This document shows, piece by piece, positions 38,038 to 50,343 of a stretch of 64,000 bases of DNA. The DNA is taken from positions 416,001-480,000 of the forward strand of contig CAVUQH010000004.1 of assembly GCA_963743525.1 (NCBI GenBank). Direction: 5' to 3'. The DNA comes from an uncultured delta proteobacterium. Lineage in GTDB: Bacteria; Myxococcota_A; Polyangia; Haliangiales; Haliangiaceae. The translations under genes were made by a program, and so were the position numbers. Under the pieces are notes generated by a model. It was not told where the DNA came from, did not search any database, and saw only the letters and a list, made by a program, of their open reading frames with translations. How positions within the stretch are numbered: position 1 is the stretch's first letter; each line of letters begins with the position of its first letter.

Positions 38038-39326
38038 CCTGGACCCTGGAGGTCGAACAGCCACTGCGCTCGGGCGGGCCGATGATCCAGCGCTACCGCG
38101 CGGACAACGGCCTGGGCCTGATCTTGCTGCGCGACAGCAGCGCGCCGATCGCCGTCTACCAGACCTGGTTCGGCGTCGGCTCGCGCCACGAGCACGCCGG
38201 CGCCACCGGCATGGCCCACCTGTTCGAGCATCTGATGTTCGGCCGCACCCGCACCTTGCCGCCGGGCGAGCTGGACCGGTTGATCGAACGAGTCGGCGGC
38301 GAGACCAACGCGGCCACCTGGGTCGACTGGACCTACTACACCACCAGCGTGCCGGCCGCCGAGCTGGAGCTGGTGGCGCGCATCGAGTCCGACCGGATGC
38401 ACCAGCTGGTGCTCGACGACGAGGCGCTGGCCTCGGAGCGCGAGGTGGTGGCAGCCGAGCGAATGGAGCGCGTCGACGACGACGTCGATGGACTGCTCGC
38501 CGAGAAGCTGCTGGCCACGGCGTTCGAGCACCACCCGTACCACTGGCCGACCATCGGCTGGATGGACGACATCCGCGGCGCCGCCAAGGACGAGGTCGAA
38601 CGCTTCTACCGCACCTTCTACGCGCCCAACAACGCCACCGTGGTGATCGTCGGCGACGTCGATCCCGACGACACCCTGGCCATGCTGACCCGCCACTACG
38701 GCCAGCTGCCGCCGTCGCAGCTGCCACCGTCCGCGCTGGCGCCCGAGCCGGCGCAGAGCGGCGAACGCAGGGTCGAGGTGCAGCGGCCGGTGCCCGCCGA
38801 CCGCGCGTTGATCGGCTACAAGACACCGGCCCAGGGTCACGACGACTGGCCGGTGCTCGAGCTGGTGTCGGCGCTGCTCACCGGCGGGCCGTCGTCGCGG
38901 CTGTACCGGCAGCTGGTCGTCGACCGCGAGCTGGCCAGCTCGATCGACGGCAGCGTCATGCCCACCGCCGAGCCGGGGCTGTACGAGCTGTCGCTGAGCA
39001 TGATGCGCGACGTCCCCGCCGAGGAGGCGCTGGCGGTGCTCGACGAACAGGTCGCGCGCCTGGCCGCCGAGCCGCCGCCACCGGCCGAGCTGGCCAAGGC
39101 CAAGAGCTGCGTCGAGACCGACTTCTGGTCGGCGCTGGTGTCGCTCGAGGGCAAGGCCGAAGCGCTGGGTCACTACCAGACCGCGCTGGGCGACTTCCGC
39201 GCCCTGCTCCACACCGCCGAGCGGCTGGAGGCGGTCACCGCCGACGACGTCACCCGGGCGGCGGCGACCTACCTGCGACCCGAGCGGCGCACGGTGGCGA
39301 TCGCGCGACCGCGGGAGGAGGCATGA
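38034..39326 (+). CDS. M16B peptidase, catalytic subunit
   Basis: 'GMAHLFEHLMF', 'NAATWVDWT.Y', 'HPYHWPTIGW', 'FYAPNNA'. Confidence 0.92.
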   Translation: MTWTLEVEQPLRSGGPMIQRYRADNGLGLILLRDSSAPIAVYQTWFGVGSRHEHAGATGMAHLFEHLMFGRTRTLPPGELDRLIERVGGETNAATWVDWTYYTTSVPAAELELVARIESDRMHQLVLDDEALASEREVVAAERMERVDDDVDGLLAEKLLATAFEHHPYHWPTIGWMDDIRGAAKDEVERFYRTFYAPNNATVVIVGDVDPDDTLAMLTRHYGQLPPSQLPPSALAPEPAQSGERRVEVQRPVPADRALIGYKTPAQGHDDWPVLELVSALLTGGPSSRLYRQLVVDRELASSIDGSVMPTAEPGLYELSLSMMRDVPAEEALAVLDEQVARLAAEPPPPAELAKAKSCVETDFWSALVSLEGKAEALGHYQTALGDFRALLHTAERLEAVTADDVTRAAATYLRPERRTVAIARPREEA

Positions 39327-40618
39327 CCAGCGGGCCTCGCGGCACGCGCCTGATCGTCGAGCCGGGTCACGACGTACCGCTGGTGTGGATCCGCGTCGCC
39401 GCGCTGGGCGGCAGCGCCGCCGACCCCGCAGGTCGCGAGGGCTTGATCCGCCACGCCGCGCTGCTGTCGCGCCGCGGCGCCGGCGACCGCGATCGCGCGG
39501 CCCTCGACGACGCCCTCGACGGGCTGGGCGCATCGCTGCAGGTCGACACCAGCCGCGACGCCATCACCCTGTCGGGGCTGTGCCTGGCGCGCAACGCCTC
39601 TGCGCTGGTGGCGCTGATGGCCGACGTCATGGCCCGCCCGCGCATGGACGAAGCGGAGCACGAGAAGCTGTTGCGCGAGACCGGCGCGCTGCTCGACGAG
39701 CTGCGCGACGACGACGGCGAGATCGCCGAGCGCTTCTTCGCCCGCGAGGTCGCCCCCGGCCACCCGTACGCGCGCACCGCGATCGGCACCGAGGCATCGC
39801 TCGCGCGGCTGGAGCTGGCCGAGGTGCGGCGCGCCCACGCCGCGGCGCTGGTGCCGGGCAACCTGATCATCGGGCTGGCCGGCGCCGTCGACGCACAGGC
39901 CGCCGAGTCGATGGCCGAGCGCCTGGTCGCCGGGCTGCCCGACGCGCCCGCCCCCGCCCTGCCGGCGCTGCCCGACGTCGCCCCCGCGGCCGCCCGGCGG
40001 CTGTGTCTGATCGACAAGCCGGAGCGGGTGCAGTCGCAGATCCGCGTCGGCCACCCGGCACCGGCCTACGCCCACCCCGACTTTGCCGCGCTCAGCTGCG
40101 CCGAAACCATCTTCGGCGGCACCTTCAGCGCCCGGCTGATGCAGGAGATCCGCGCCAAGCGAGGTTGGTCGTACGGCGCCGGCTGTTCGCTCGGCCAGAG
40201 CCGCGGCGCCAGCTGGCTGCGCATCGCGCTGGCCCCGGCGGCCGAGGTCACCCCCGACGCCGCCGAGCTGACGCTGAGCTTGTTCGAACAGCTGTGCGAC
40301 GGCGGCGTCACTGCCGACGAGCTGGCGTTTGCCCGCAGCCACATCATGGGAAGCATGCCGTTCCTGTCGGCAACGCCGGCGCAGCGCATGCGCGTGGCGG
40401 TGCGCAACCTCGGCTACGGCCTGCCCGCCGACTACCACCAGCGGCTCCGCGGCGAAATCGCCGATCTCAGCCTCGACCGGGTCAACCAGGCGATCCGCCA
40501 GCACTTCCTCCCGCAGGCGACGGTGTCGGTGATCGTCGCCACCGCTCAGGCGATGGCGCCCCGCCTCGAAGGGATGGGCCTGGGCGAGGCCTCGGTGTTC
40601 GCCTACGACGCGTACTGA
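39323..40618 (+). CDS. M16B peptidase, non-catalytic partner subunit
   Basis: No HxxEH motif; has 'HPYAR' and the R/Y pair in 'FSARLMQEIRAKRGWSYG'; ATGA overlap with the catalytic subunit gene. Confidence 0.88.
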   Translation: MTSGPRGTRLIVEPGHDVPLVWIRVAALGGSAADPAGREGLIRHAALLSRRGAGDRDRAALDDALDGLGASLQVDTSRDAITLSGLCLARNASALVALMADVMARPRMDEAEHEKLLRETGALLDELRDDDGEIAERFFAREVAPGHPYARTAIGTEASLARLELAEVRRAHAAALVPGNLIIGLAGAVDAQAAESMAERLVAGLPDAPAPALPALPDVAPAAARRLCLIDKPERVQSQIRVGHPAPAYAHPDFAALSCAETIFGGTFSARLMQEIRAKRGWSYGAGCSLGQSRGASWLRIALAPAAEVTPDAAELTLSLFEQLCDGGVTADELAFARSHIMGSMPFLSATPAQRMRVAVRNLGYGLPADYHQRLRGEIADLSLDRVNQAIRQHFLPQATVSVIVATAQAMAPRLEGMGLGEASVFAYDAY

Positions 40619-40672
40619 AGTTTGCTATTCTTCGGCTCACGCGGGGTGGGCCGCGCTTTCCGGGGGATCGAC

Positions 40673-42100
40673 ATGAACAAGCGTTGCGTGGCCGCCCTGG
40701 CGGTTCTGGCGGTGAGTGCGTGCGGCAAGAGCGGCGGCCAGGGTGCGATCGGCACCATGGCCAGCCTCGCCACCGAGCCCAAGGGCGCCATCTCCACCGA
40801 CGGCCAGGAAGCGGTGGTCACCAGCAAAGGCGGCACCGACTGGAACGCCGTGGCCAAAGGCGCGCCCCAGGTCAGCGGCCTGACCGGCAAGGTCAACCCA
40901 TCCAAGATCTCCACCGCCGGCATCTCCCAGCCGCTCGAGGGCTTCTCGTCGCAGAAGCCGACCGGCTTCCGCGTCGCCTACGCGCCGACCAAGAAGTACG
41001 AGCGCTTCCGCACCGCGTTCATGCAGGAACAGGTGTTCGAGAACGTCGCCAAGATGCTCAACGGCACCCTCAAGATGCCGCGCATCGTCAACATCCAGAT
41101 GGTCGAGTGCGGCACGGTCAACGCCTTCTACGACCCCAACAACAGCCGCATCATCATGTGCTACGAGCTCATGGACTACTTCACGCAGATGTTCCAGCCG
41201 GTGTCCAAGAGCAACGACGAGCTGGGCAACGCGATCCTCGGCGCCACATTCTTCGCCTTCTTCCACGAGCTCGGCCACGGCCTGATCCACCAGCTCGACC
41301 TACCCGCCACCGGACGCGAAGAAGACTCGGTCGACCAGATGGCGACGCTGGTGCTGATGGAAGGCGGAGACCAGGGCGTGGCCGCCGCCATGGCCGGCGC
41401 CCGCTGGTTCGCCCTGCAGTCCGAGGCCAACAAGAAGGCCGGCGTATCGATGCCATTCTGGGACGAGCACTCCCTCGAAGGCCAGCGCTTCTACAACATC
41501 GCCTGCCTGATCTTCGGCTCCAACCCCGAGAAATACTCGCCGATGATCGAGAACGGCTACCTGCCCAAGGCCCGCGCCGTCCGCTGCCCCGACGAATTCA
41601 AGAAGATCTCGCACGCCTGGGAGCGCCTGCTGGGGCCCTACATCATCAACGACGGACAGGCCGTGGCGACCGCCGACGACACGCCGGCCACGCCGACGCC
41701 CAACACCGCCGGCAGCCCCGGCGGCCCGATGGCACCCAAGCCGCTGCCCGGCGGCGACACCAACGCCAAACCGTCCGGCGACAACCCGATGGCGCCCAAG
41801 CCACTGCCCGGCGGCGGCGACACCACCGCCGGCCAGACCCCGGCGGCACCGCCGAGCGGCCCCACCTGCGACTCGGTGGCCAGCCACGCCCTCGACGTCA
41901 TCTCCAAGGCCGCCCTCGCCCAGGCCCAGGCCGCCGGCCCCGACGCGGTCAAAGCCACACAAGAGCAGCTGCAAAACAACGGCCCCCTGGTCGTCCAACA
42001 GATCGTCCAGGAGTGCCAGGAGAAGAAGTGGACGCCCCAGGTGCTGCAATGCCTGACCGGCGCCGCCGACCTCAACCAGCTGCAAGCCTGCGGCGTCTAG
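40673..42100 (+). CDS. DUF4344-like metallopeptidase lipoprotein with a Pro-rich linker and C-terminal Cys-helical domain
   Basis: Lipobox VSAC; 'CGTVNAFYDP...IIMCYEL', 'FFHELGHGLI...GREED.VD', 'DEHSL..QRFYNIACL.FGS'. Confidence 0.85.
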   Translation: MNKRCVAALAVLAVSACGKSGGQGAIGTMASLATEPKGAISTDGQEAVVTSKGGTDWNAVAKGAPQVSGLTGKVNPSKISTAGISQPLEGFSSQKPTGFRVAYAPTKKYERFRTAFMQEQVFENVAKMLNGTLKMPRIVNIQMVECGTVNAFYDPNNSRIIMCYELMDYFTQMFQPVSKSNDELGNAILGATFFAFFHELGHGLIHQLDLPATGREEDSVDQMATLVLMEGGDQGVAAAMAGARWFALQSEANKKAGVSMPFWDEHSLEGQRFYNIACLIFGSNPEKYSPMIENGYLPKARAVRCPDEFKKISHAWERLLGPYIINDGQAVATADDTPATPTPNTAGSPGGPMAPKPLPGGDTNAKPSGDNPMAPKPLPGGGDTTAGQTPAAPPSGPTCDSVASHALDVISKAALAQAQAAGPDAVKATQEQLQNNGPLVVQQIVQECQEKKWTPQVLQCLTGAADLNQLQACGV

Positions 42101-42896
42101 CAGCGCCGTCGACGACGAACCCGAGTCGGCCGACCCGGGCCGCCGACGCCTGAGCCCTGCACCGACGCCGAGCCCCGAGCGCGCCCGGCAGCTCGTCGAC
42201 CGCGAGCAGCCCAAACTTCTGCCAGCCCTCGCCGAGCAGCCACGTCTTGGCCGGCGCCACACACCGCGGCCCCACCGGCGGCGCCAGGCCCCGGCGCCAG
42301 CCATCGTCCTGCCAGCCGTCGAAGTGCCAGGCCGATGAAAACAGATCCGGTGTGGAGCCGCGCAACACCTCCCCGTGCTTGCGCGCGTTGTTGAGCACAT
42401 ACGCCAGCGCATTCCGCACCTGATTGGGCGAACGCAAGATCTCGGCGTGATACCGGTCGTCGAACACCGACCCCCGACGACCACTCAGTGCGTTCAAGCG
42501 CCGCGCCGCGCTGACCTCGAAACCCTGAACCCCTCGAGCCAGCGCCTCGCCGTTCTTCGCCTCACAAACCAGATGGATGTGATTGCGCTGAACACTGAAC
42601 TGGCAGATCCGAAACCCCGGCTTGGAACAGGTACGCACCAACGCCGCCCGCAGCACCTTGCACCGCTTGAAGTTCCGCAGCCTGGGCACGTCGGCGCCAA
42701 TCCGCACCGTGACGTGAACGGGAAACCGCGACGCCTGCGCCGGCCGCGGCAAATGCGGCATCCGCCGTTTCCCCCGCTTCTTCTTCCGCCCGGCACCGGG
42801 GCGCCAGCCGCCGTGCTTCTTCAGCGCTTCGCTGCGGCGGTGGTCTTCGAAGTCGAGCTGCGCCGAAGCCGAGCGTTTGCTTCTCCGTTTCTCCAT
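42072..42896 (-). mobile_element. Y1/HUH tyrosine transposase (IS200-like fold, RAYT/TnpA-REP-like)
   Basis: 'PVHVTVR', HUH 'NHIHLV', 'RRGSVFDDRYH', catalytic Tyr in 'LAYVLNNARKH', 'FSSA'. Codon usage differs from neighbours; no tnpB adjacent. Confidence 0.85.
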
Positions 42897-42963
42897 CTTG
42901 ATTCTGGCAGAGTTTTAACAGGTGGGTCTGACAATGACGGCTGCCCACGTCTAGCGCCGACGG

Positions 42964-43010
42964 CCCCCCTTCGACTTCGCCCGCGCGCGGGCTTCGCTCA
43001 GGGTGAGCGG
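42964..43010. repeat. Palindromic REP-like element next to the transposase
   Basis: CCCTTCGACTTC-GCCCGCGCGCGGGC (perfect 14-bp palindrome at 42979-42992)-TTCGCTCAGGGTGAGCGG, which also contains a CGCTCA/TGAGCG hairpin. Confidence 0.55.
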
Positions 43011-43018
43011 TGAACCCA

Positions 43019-43877
<859 letters not shown>

Positions 43878-43944
43878 CCGCGTCCGCGCCGCCACCGTCT
43901 ACCCGCAGACCGCGCCCCCCACGCCCCCCCGGGCGCCGCCCTCC

Positions 43945-43996
43945 GGCCGCTCGGGGTGGGGTCTCACCCAGAAACGGGACCCCACCCCGCGCGGCC
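43945..43996. other. Strong GC-rich stem-loop (REP-like or terminator of the minus-strand operon)
   Basis: CGGGGTGGGGTCTC (43952-43965) pairs with GGGACCCCACCCCG (43976-43989) and is extended by GGCCGC/GCGGCC; it lies about 30 nt past the stop at 44023. Confidence 0.6.
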
Positions 43997-44022
43997 CGCG
44001 GGCGACCTCCCCCGACTCGCTC

Positions 44023-44619
44023 CTACGAGTCTTCCCGCCGAGCCTCCGCGATCAGCGCCAGCAGCGCGCACGCCAGCACGAAGCGCGTATCGACCGCGCT
44101 GGGCACCACCGTCACTTCGAACTCCTTGGTGAAGAAGCGGAAGATCTGGCGAATGAACGCCACCTGCTGGCCGCCGACGAAGATGGCGTGCTTCGACGTC
44201 AGCATCGGAATGAACCGCCGCAGCAGTGACGCCCCCTGCTCTTCGGTGTGGCCGATCTCGTTGCCGTCGCGGTCGAGGATCAAGAACTTGTCGCGCACCA
44301 GCGAGCGCAGGCCCCGCTTCTGCACCGCGCCCAGCACCTCGCCCGTGGTGATGTCGGTAACCTCGTACGCAAAATTGATCGCCACCATCTGCCGCGACTT
44401 GACCATCAGCAGCGGCTGCGTCCGCGCCTCGTCGCCGTAGACCGTGAACTCCTCGCGCAGCTTGAACACCGGATGCTTGACCAGCATCATCAGCTGCCCA
44501 TCCGCGGTAAAGACGCGGAAGGTCCGCTCGAACACCGACCAGAAGCGACGCTTGATCAGATAGCGCGACTGCGTCGCCAGCGAGACGTTCTGGACTTCCT
44601 TGGTGAGGCCGGTGCTCAT
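44023..44619 (-). CDS. LURP-one/scramblase (tubby C-terminal-like) family protein
   Basis: 'HPVFKLREEFTVY.DE', 'YEVTD..TGE.LG.V...GLRSL.RDKF.I.D', C-terminal 'DTRFVLACALL'. Confidence 0.75.
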   Translation of the reverse strand: MSTGLTKEVQNVSLATQSRYLIKRRFWSVFERTFRVFTADGQLMMLVKHPVFKLREEFTVYGDEARTQPLLMVKSRQMVAINFAYEVTDITTGEVLGAVQKRGLRSLVRDKFLILDRDGNEIGHTEEQGASLLRRFIPMLTSKHAIFVGGQQVAFIRQIFRFFTKEFEVTVVPSAVDTRFVLACALLALIAEARREDS

Positions 44620-46105
44620 GTGCTGGTTCCTTCGCCGGGCAGCATATGCCCGTGCTCGAGCAGGTTGCGATGCAGCTCGAAGCAGCGACCGAGGTCGTGG
44701 GGCATGTGCCCCATCGGCGCCGCCTCGAGATAGCGATGCAGGTAGTCACGGTACATCGGATGAGCACAGTGGTCGATGATGGTCTGCGCCCGCTGCCGCG
44801 GCCCCAGACCACGCAAATCGGCGCAGCCCTGCTCGGTCACGATCACCTGCACCGAGTGGTCCGTGTGGTCGCAGTGGCTGACCATCGGCACCACCGTCGA
44901 GATCGCCCCAGCCTTGGCGATGCTGGGACAGACCAGGATCGACAGGAACGCGTTGCGCACGAAGTCGCCCGAGCCGCCGATCCCGTTCATCAGCCGGGTG
45001 CCGCACACATGCGTCGAGTTGGCGTTGCCGTAGATGTCGACCTCGAGCGCGGTGTTGATGGCGATGACGCCGAGCCGGCGGATCAGCCCGGGGTTGTTCG
45101 ACAGCTCCTGCGGGCGCATGACGATGCGCGGGGCGAAGAAGTCGAGGTCGTCGTAGATCTCGCGCAGCACCCGATTCGACACGGTCAGACTGGTCGTCGA
45201 CGCGCCGGTGAGCTGGCCCGCGCGCATCAGCGGCACCAGCGAATCCTGGAACACCTCGCTGAACATGCAGAACGGCGGCAGCCGATCGTCGCCACCGATC
45301 GCCGACATCACCGCGTTCGACACGTTGCCGACCCCGGCCTGTAGCGGCAACAGCTCGTCCGGCACCCGCCCGGCGCGCATCTCGCGGACCAGGAAGTCGG
45401 CCACGTGCCCGGCGATCTGCAGGCTGCTGGTGGCCGGCGCATCGAAGTCGCTCACCTCGTCCGGTTCATCCGTGCGGACGACGCCGACGATCTTCTTCGG
45501 ATCGACCGTCGCAAACGGCGTGCCGATCCTCGCCATCGCGTGGTTGATGGGAATCGGGTTGCGGTGCGGCGGCGGCGGCAAGACCACGATGTCGTGCAGC
45601 TCCGCCACGCGCGGCGGGTGATAGGCGTTGAGCTCGACGATCACCTTCTTGGCGTGGCGCAGGAAGCTGGGCGACGCGCCGACCGAGGTGCTGAGGAAGA
45701 CCCGCCCGTCGCGCGTGACATCGACCGCCTCGACCACCGCGACGTCGAGCTCGGGCACGAACCCGGCCTCGATCATCTGCGGCAGATGCGACAGGTGCAT
45801 GTCGATGAACTCGGTCCGCTGCTCGTTGATCGCCCGGCGCAGTGGCGCCGACGACTGGAACGGCGCCCGCCACGAGATGGCGTCGGCCTCGGCCAGCGCG
45901 TCGTCGATGGTCGGCCCGGTCGACGCGCCGGTCAGCAGGCGCACGCGAAACGCCTCGCCCGCGGCGTGGCGCTCGCGCGCACGCGCGGCCAGCGCCCTCG
46001 GCACCGCCTTGACCGCACCCGCCGCGGTGAACGCCGACAGCCCGACCGTCATGCCATCCTCGAACAGTGCTGCCGCCTCGCCGGCGGTGAGCTCGGGGAA
46101 GATGC

Positions 46106-46109
<4 letters not shown>
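44616..46109 (-). CDS. Acetyl-CoA hydrolase / succinate:acetate CoA-transferase
   Basis: 'TGASTG', 'FIDMHLS', 'LQAGVGNVSNAV', 'FSEVFQD', 'RPQELSNNP', 'MNGIGGSGDF.RNA', 'VTEQG.ADLRGL'. Confidence 0.93.
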
Positions 46110-46860
<751 letters not shown>

Positions 46861-46864
<4 letters not shown>

Positions 46865-48033
46865 GCGCAGAAGCTGGCGTGCAGCGCGCGCACCAGGTCG
46901 TCGACCGCGGCCTCGCTGCAGTAGAGGGTGATGCGCAGCGGCTGGGTGTCGACCGCGGTGATCTCGATCCCGGCCTCGTGCGCGGCGGCCCGGGCCCGGC
47001 GCACGGCGTCGGCGCCGCGGCCGACGTCGGTGCCGACCACGCTGACTGCGCCGCCGCCCTCGTCAACGGCACCGTCGGGCAGCGCGGCGACCAGCTGCTC
47101 GCGCACCGCCGGCCAGTCGGGAACGTCGGTGAGCGGGAACCGCAGCGTGACGTCGCCGCCGGCGCCGGCGAGGTGCAGCAGCGGCAACGTCGCCGCCTCG
47201 GCGATGGCCAGCGCGGCGTCGGCCCGGTCACCGGTGGCGCGCACCGTGACCAGCCCTTTCTGTCCGGTGACCCCGGAGGCGTTGCCGCGGACCCCGGCTC
47301 CGACCGCGTCGATGCGGGTGCCGCCGCCCTCGCGCGCGGTCGCTCGCGCGTACAGCGCGACGTCGGAGCGACGGGCGAACTCGACCGCCTCGGCCGCCAG
47401 CACCTTGGCGCCGTGGCTGGCCAGCTCGAGCATCTCGTCGTGGCTGATCGCCTCGAGCAGCGTGGCCGCGTCGACCACGCGCGGGTCGGCGGTGTAGACG
47501 CCGTCGACGTCGGAACAGATCTCGCAGTAGTCGGCGCCCAGCGCGGCGGCCAGCGCGACCGCGGTGGTGTCCGAGCCGCCCCGCCCCAGCGTGGTGATCT
47601 CGCGCTTGTACGACACGCCCTGGAAGCCGGCGACGATGACCACGCGCCCGCGCTCGAGCTCGTCCTGCACGCGGATCGGTCGGACCTCGATGATGCGCGC
47701 GCCCGAGTGGCGATCGTTGGTCATGATCCCCGACTGCGATCCGGTGAACGAGATGGCTTCGTAGCCGAGCTCGCTGACCGCCATCGACAACAGCGCCATC
47801 GACGCCCGCTCGCCGCAGGTGAGCAACATGTCGAGCTCGCGCCGCGGCGGCGCATCCGAGATCTCCCGCGCCCGGGCCAACAGCTGGTCGGTGGTCTTGC
47901 CCATCGCCGACACCACCACACACACCTGGTAGCCGGCCTCGCGGGTGGCGGCGATGCGCGCGGCGACCCGCTTGATGCGGTCGCTGTCGGCAACCGAGGA
48001 GCCGCCGTATTTTTGGACTACGATGCCGGGCAC
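46861..48033 (-). CDS. Second aspartate kinase with a divergent C-terminal regulatory region
   Basis: '[10 protein letters not shown]', '[10 protein letters not shown]', '[12 protein letters not shown]', '[11 protein letters not shown]'; the ACT region is short and degenerate. Confidence 0.9.
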
Positions 48034-48114
48034 AGCGCATCTATAGAGCAGTTGCTACCCATGTGAAAGCCCGGAGAGCCGGGCTTATTTCGTGCGTGGG
48101 CCCCCTGCCCATGT

Positions 48115-50343
48115 ATGCTATTCGCTATGGCTTCGATCCGGCGGATTTGCCTCTCGTTTGCCGTGAGAGGCGCCGTGATCGGCGCGCTCGGGACCACCGC
48201 CTGTGGCCCCCGCGCCGCCCGCCCGCAGACGCCGGCCTCGGCCCACCTGACCGCCCTGCCCGGCGACGCACCGTACGAGCTGGCCGAGGATCAGGACCTC
48301 GAGGAGATGCGCAATCGCTTCGACGCCCTGCCGGTCGACGCCCCGGAGCGGGCCGAGCTGCGCGAGCGGCTGGCGACCGAGTACGCGCGGCGGGTCGATG
48401 TCGCCCTCGACCGCGGCCTCGATCCGCAGACCGGCTACGAACAGTTTCTGCTATTGGCGTCGCTGTGGACGCCGGCCGAGCTCGACGACCCGGCGAAGGC
48501 GCGCGGGCTGGCCAGATTCGCGCCCCAGGCCGAGCACGTGCGCAGCTACTTCGCCCGCGGCGGCGGTGACCGCGAAGCGACGGCAGCGCTGGTGCTGCTG
48601 GCGATCATGCAACCGGACGAGGCCGCGGCGCGGGTGGCCGACATCGACGAGATCTTCGCCTACGCCGACTCGCTGGCGGTGGCGCAGTACGGACCCGGCG
48701 CGCAGCGGGCGCGGCCGATCGAGATCCTCGAGAGCATCGTCGCGTCGATTCCGTCACGCATGGTCGTCGACCGGTTGGTCTCGCTCTACCAGGCGCGGCA
48801 AAAGGCGGTCGAGAGTCAGTTCCGCCGCAACGGTCCCGACTTCGCGGTCATCCGCGCTCACGGCGAGGGCGTGTTGCAGACCGCCCAGCGAATCACCCGC
48901 GCGCTGGTGCTGGCCGGGCGCATCGACGAGGCGCCCGCCGCGATCGCGGCGGTCTCCGGCATCGGCGACTCGCCCAAGCTGCGCAAGCAGCTGACCCGCG
49001 TGCTCCACCCGGCGCACCCCGGCGAAGGAATGCCGACGGCCGCCGACTGGATCCACCTGGCGCAGCTCTACCGCGACGAGGACGAGGACAAGGACGACCC
49101 GGTGACGTCGCTGCGCATTGCCGAGGTCGGACTGACGCGCATGCCCGACGCCGCCGCGTTGCAGTGCTACACCGGAATGCTCGACGACGCGGTCAACAAC
49201 GTCTTTGCCGCCATCGATCATTTCGAGCGCTGCCTGGCGCTGGTGCCGGGCGAGCGCGAAGCCGCCGACCGCCTGGCCGGGCTGTACGAGGCGCGCATCG
49301 GCACCCTGGTCTTCGCCGACCGGCCGCGGGCAGCCAGCCAGCGGCTGCGCGCCCTGGAGAAGTTCCACGCCGAGGCCGAAAAGCTGTACAAGGAGCCGCT
49401 TCGCCACGACCTCGCCGCCGCCTACGCGACCATGGGCCGCGGACTGGTCACGCTGGGCGAGCTCGACGAAGCCGAGCGCTACCTGAAAGCGTCGATCGAG
49501 CGGCGCCCCGACTTCCCCGCGCTCGAGAGCCTGGGCACGATCGCGCTCAAGCGCGACCAGTGGGACGACGCGATCCGCTACTTCGACAAAGCCCTGCGCC
49601 TGCCGGCCACCGATCTCACCGGCAAGTTCCAGCGCGCCAAGATCCTGCGCCTGGCCAGCGAGGCCTACGCCGGTGCGTCCAATCGGCTGAAGGCCCGGCA
49701 CTACGCCGACTCGGCGCTGGCGGCGTGGCGCGAGGTGTCGTCGCACGGGCGCCTGGTCGCCCACTACCAGGGCGAGCTGAAGCTGGAAGAGGGCAAGCTC
49801 TTGTGGCAGCTCGGCCGTCGCGACGAGGCGCTGTCGGCGTTCGACGCCGCGGTCGATGCCGATCCCGACGGTGCCGAAACCCACGCCGGCGTGGTCTCGT
49901 TCCTGCTGTTCCACGACCAGCCGGATCGCGCCCTCGACGCCTACCACCGCGCCCTCGGCAGCTTCCAGATCGGACCGTTCTTCAAGGTCTACATGAGCCT
50001 GTGGATGCTGGTCGAAGCCCGGCGCCGCGGTGAGAACCCGGATCCACTGGCCGTCGCGTACCTGGCCGGGCGCAAAGGTCGCCTGTGGTACGACCAGCTC
50101 GCCGGCTATGCGCTCGGCAGCCGCTCGCTGGCTCCGCTGGAGAAGCGCGCCAACACCCGCGCGCGACGGGCCGAGCTGCTCTACTACCGGGCGGTGCTGG
50201 GCGAGGCCAGCCGCGATCCCAAGCAGTCGCACGAGCTGCTCGAGCAGGTCGTCGCCACCGACATGGTCCTGTTCTTCGAATACGATATGGCCAAGCAGTG
50301 GCTCGAGCTGGACCTCAGAGCGGACACGACCTCGACGCGCTGA
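48115..50343 (+). CDS. Large TPR-repeat (lipo)protein
   Basis: Signal-like N-terminus ending TTAC; TPR patterns 'AYATMGRGLV.LGE..EAE..L..S', 'ALESLG..AL...W..AI..F.KAL'. Confidence 0.75.
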   Translation: MLFAMASIRRICLSFAVRGAVIGALGTTACGPRAARPQTPASAHLTALPGDAPYELAEDQDLEEMRNRFDALPVDAPERAELRERLATEYARRVDVALDRGLDPQTGYEQFLLLASLWTPAELDDPAKARGLARFAPQAEHVRSYFARGGGDREATAALVLLAIMQPDEAAARVADIDEIFAYADSLAVAQYGPGAQRARPIEILESIVASIPSRMVVDRLVSLYQARQKAVESQFRRNGPDFAVIRAHGEGVLQTAQRITRALVLAGRIDEAPAAIAAVSGIGDSPKLRKQLTRVLHPAHPGEGMPTAADWIHLAQLYRDEDEDKDDPVTSLRIAEVGLTRMPDAAALQCYTGMLDDAVNNVFAAIDHFERCLALVPGEREAADRLAGLYEARIGTLVFADRPRAASQRLRALEKFHAEAEKLYKEPLRHDLAAAYATMGRGLVTLGELDEAERYLKASIERRPDFPALESLGTIALKRDQWDDAIRYFDKALRLPATDLTGKFQRAKILRLASEAYAGASNRLKARHYADSALAAWREVSSHGRLVAHYQGELKLEEGKLLWQLGRRDEALSAFDAAVDADPDGAETHAGVVSFLLFHDQPDRALDAYHRALGSFQIGPFFKVYMSLWMLVEARRRGENPDPLAVAYLAGRKGRLWYDQLAGYALGSRSLAPLEKRANTRARRAELLYYRAVLGEASRDPKQSHELLEQVVATDMVLFFEYDMAKQWLELDLRADTTSTR

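Noticed and set aside
41726..41820. Direct repeat CCGATGGCRCCCAAGCCRCTGCCCGGCGGCG
   Set aside because: It is an in-frame duplication (PMAPKPLPGG x2) in a protein linker.
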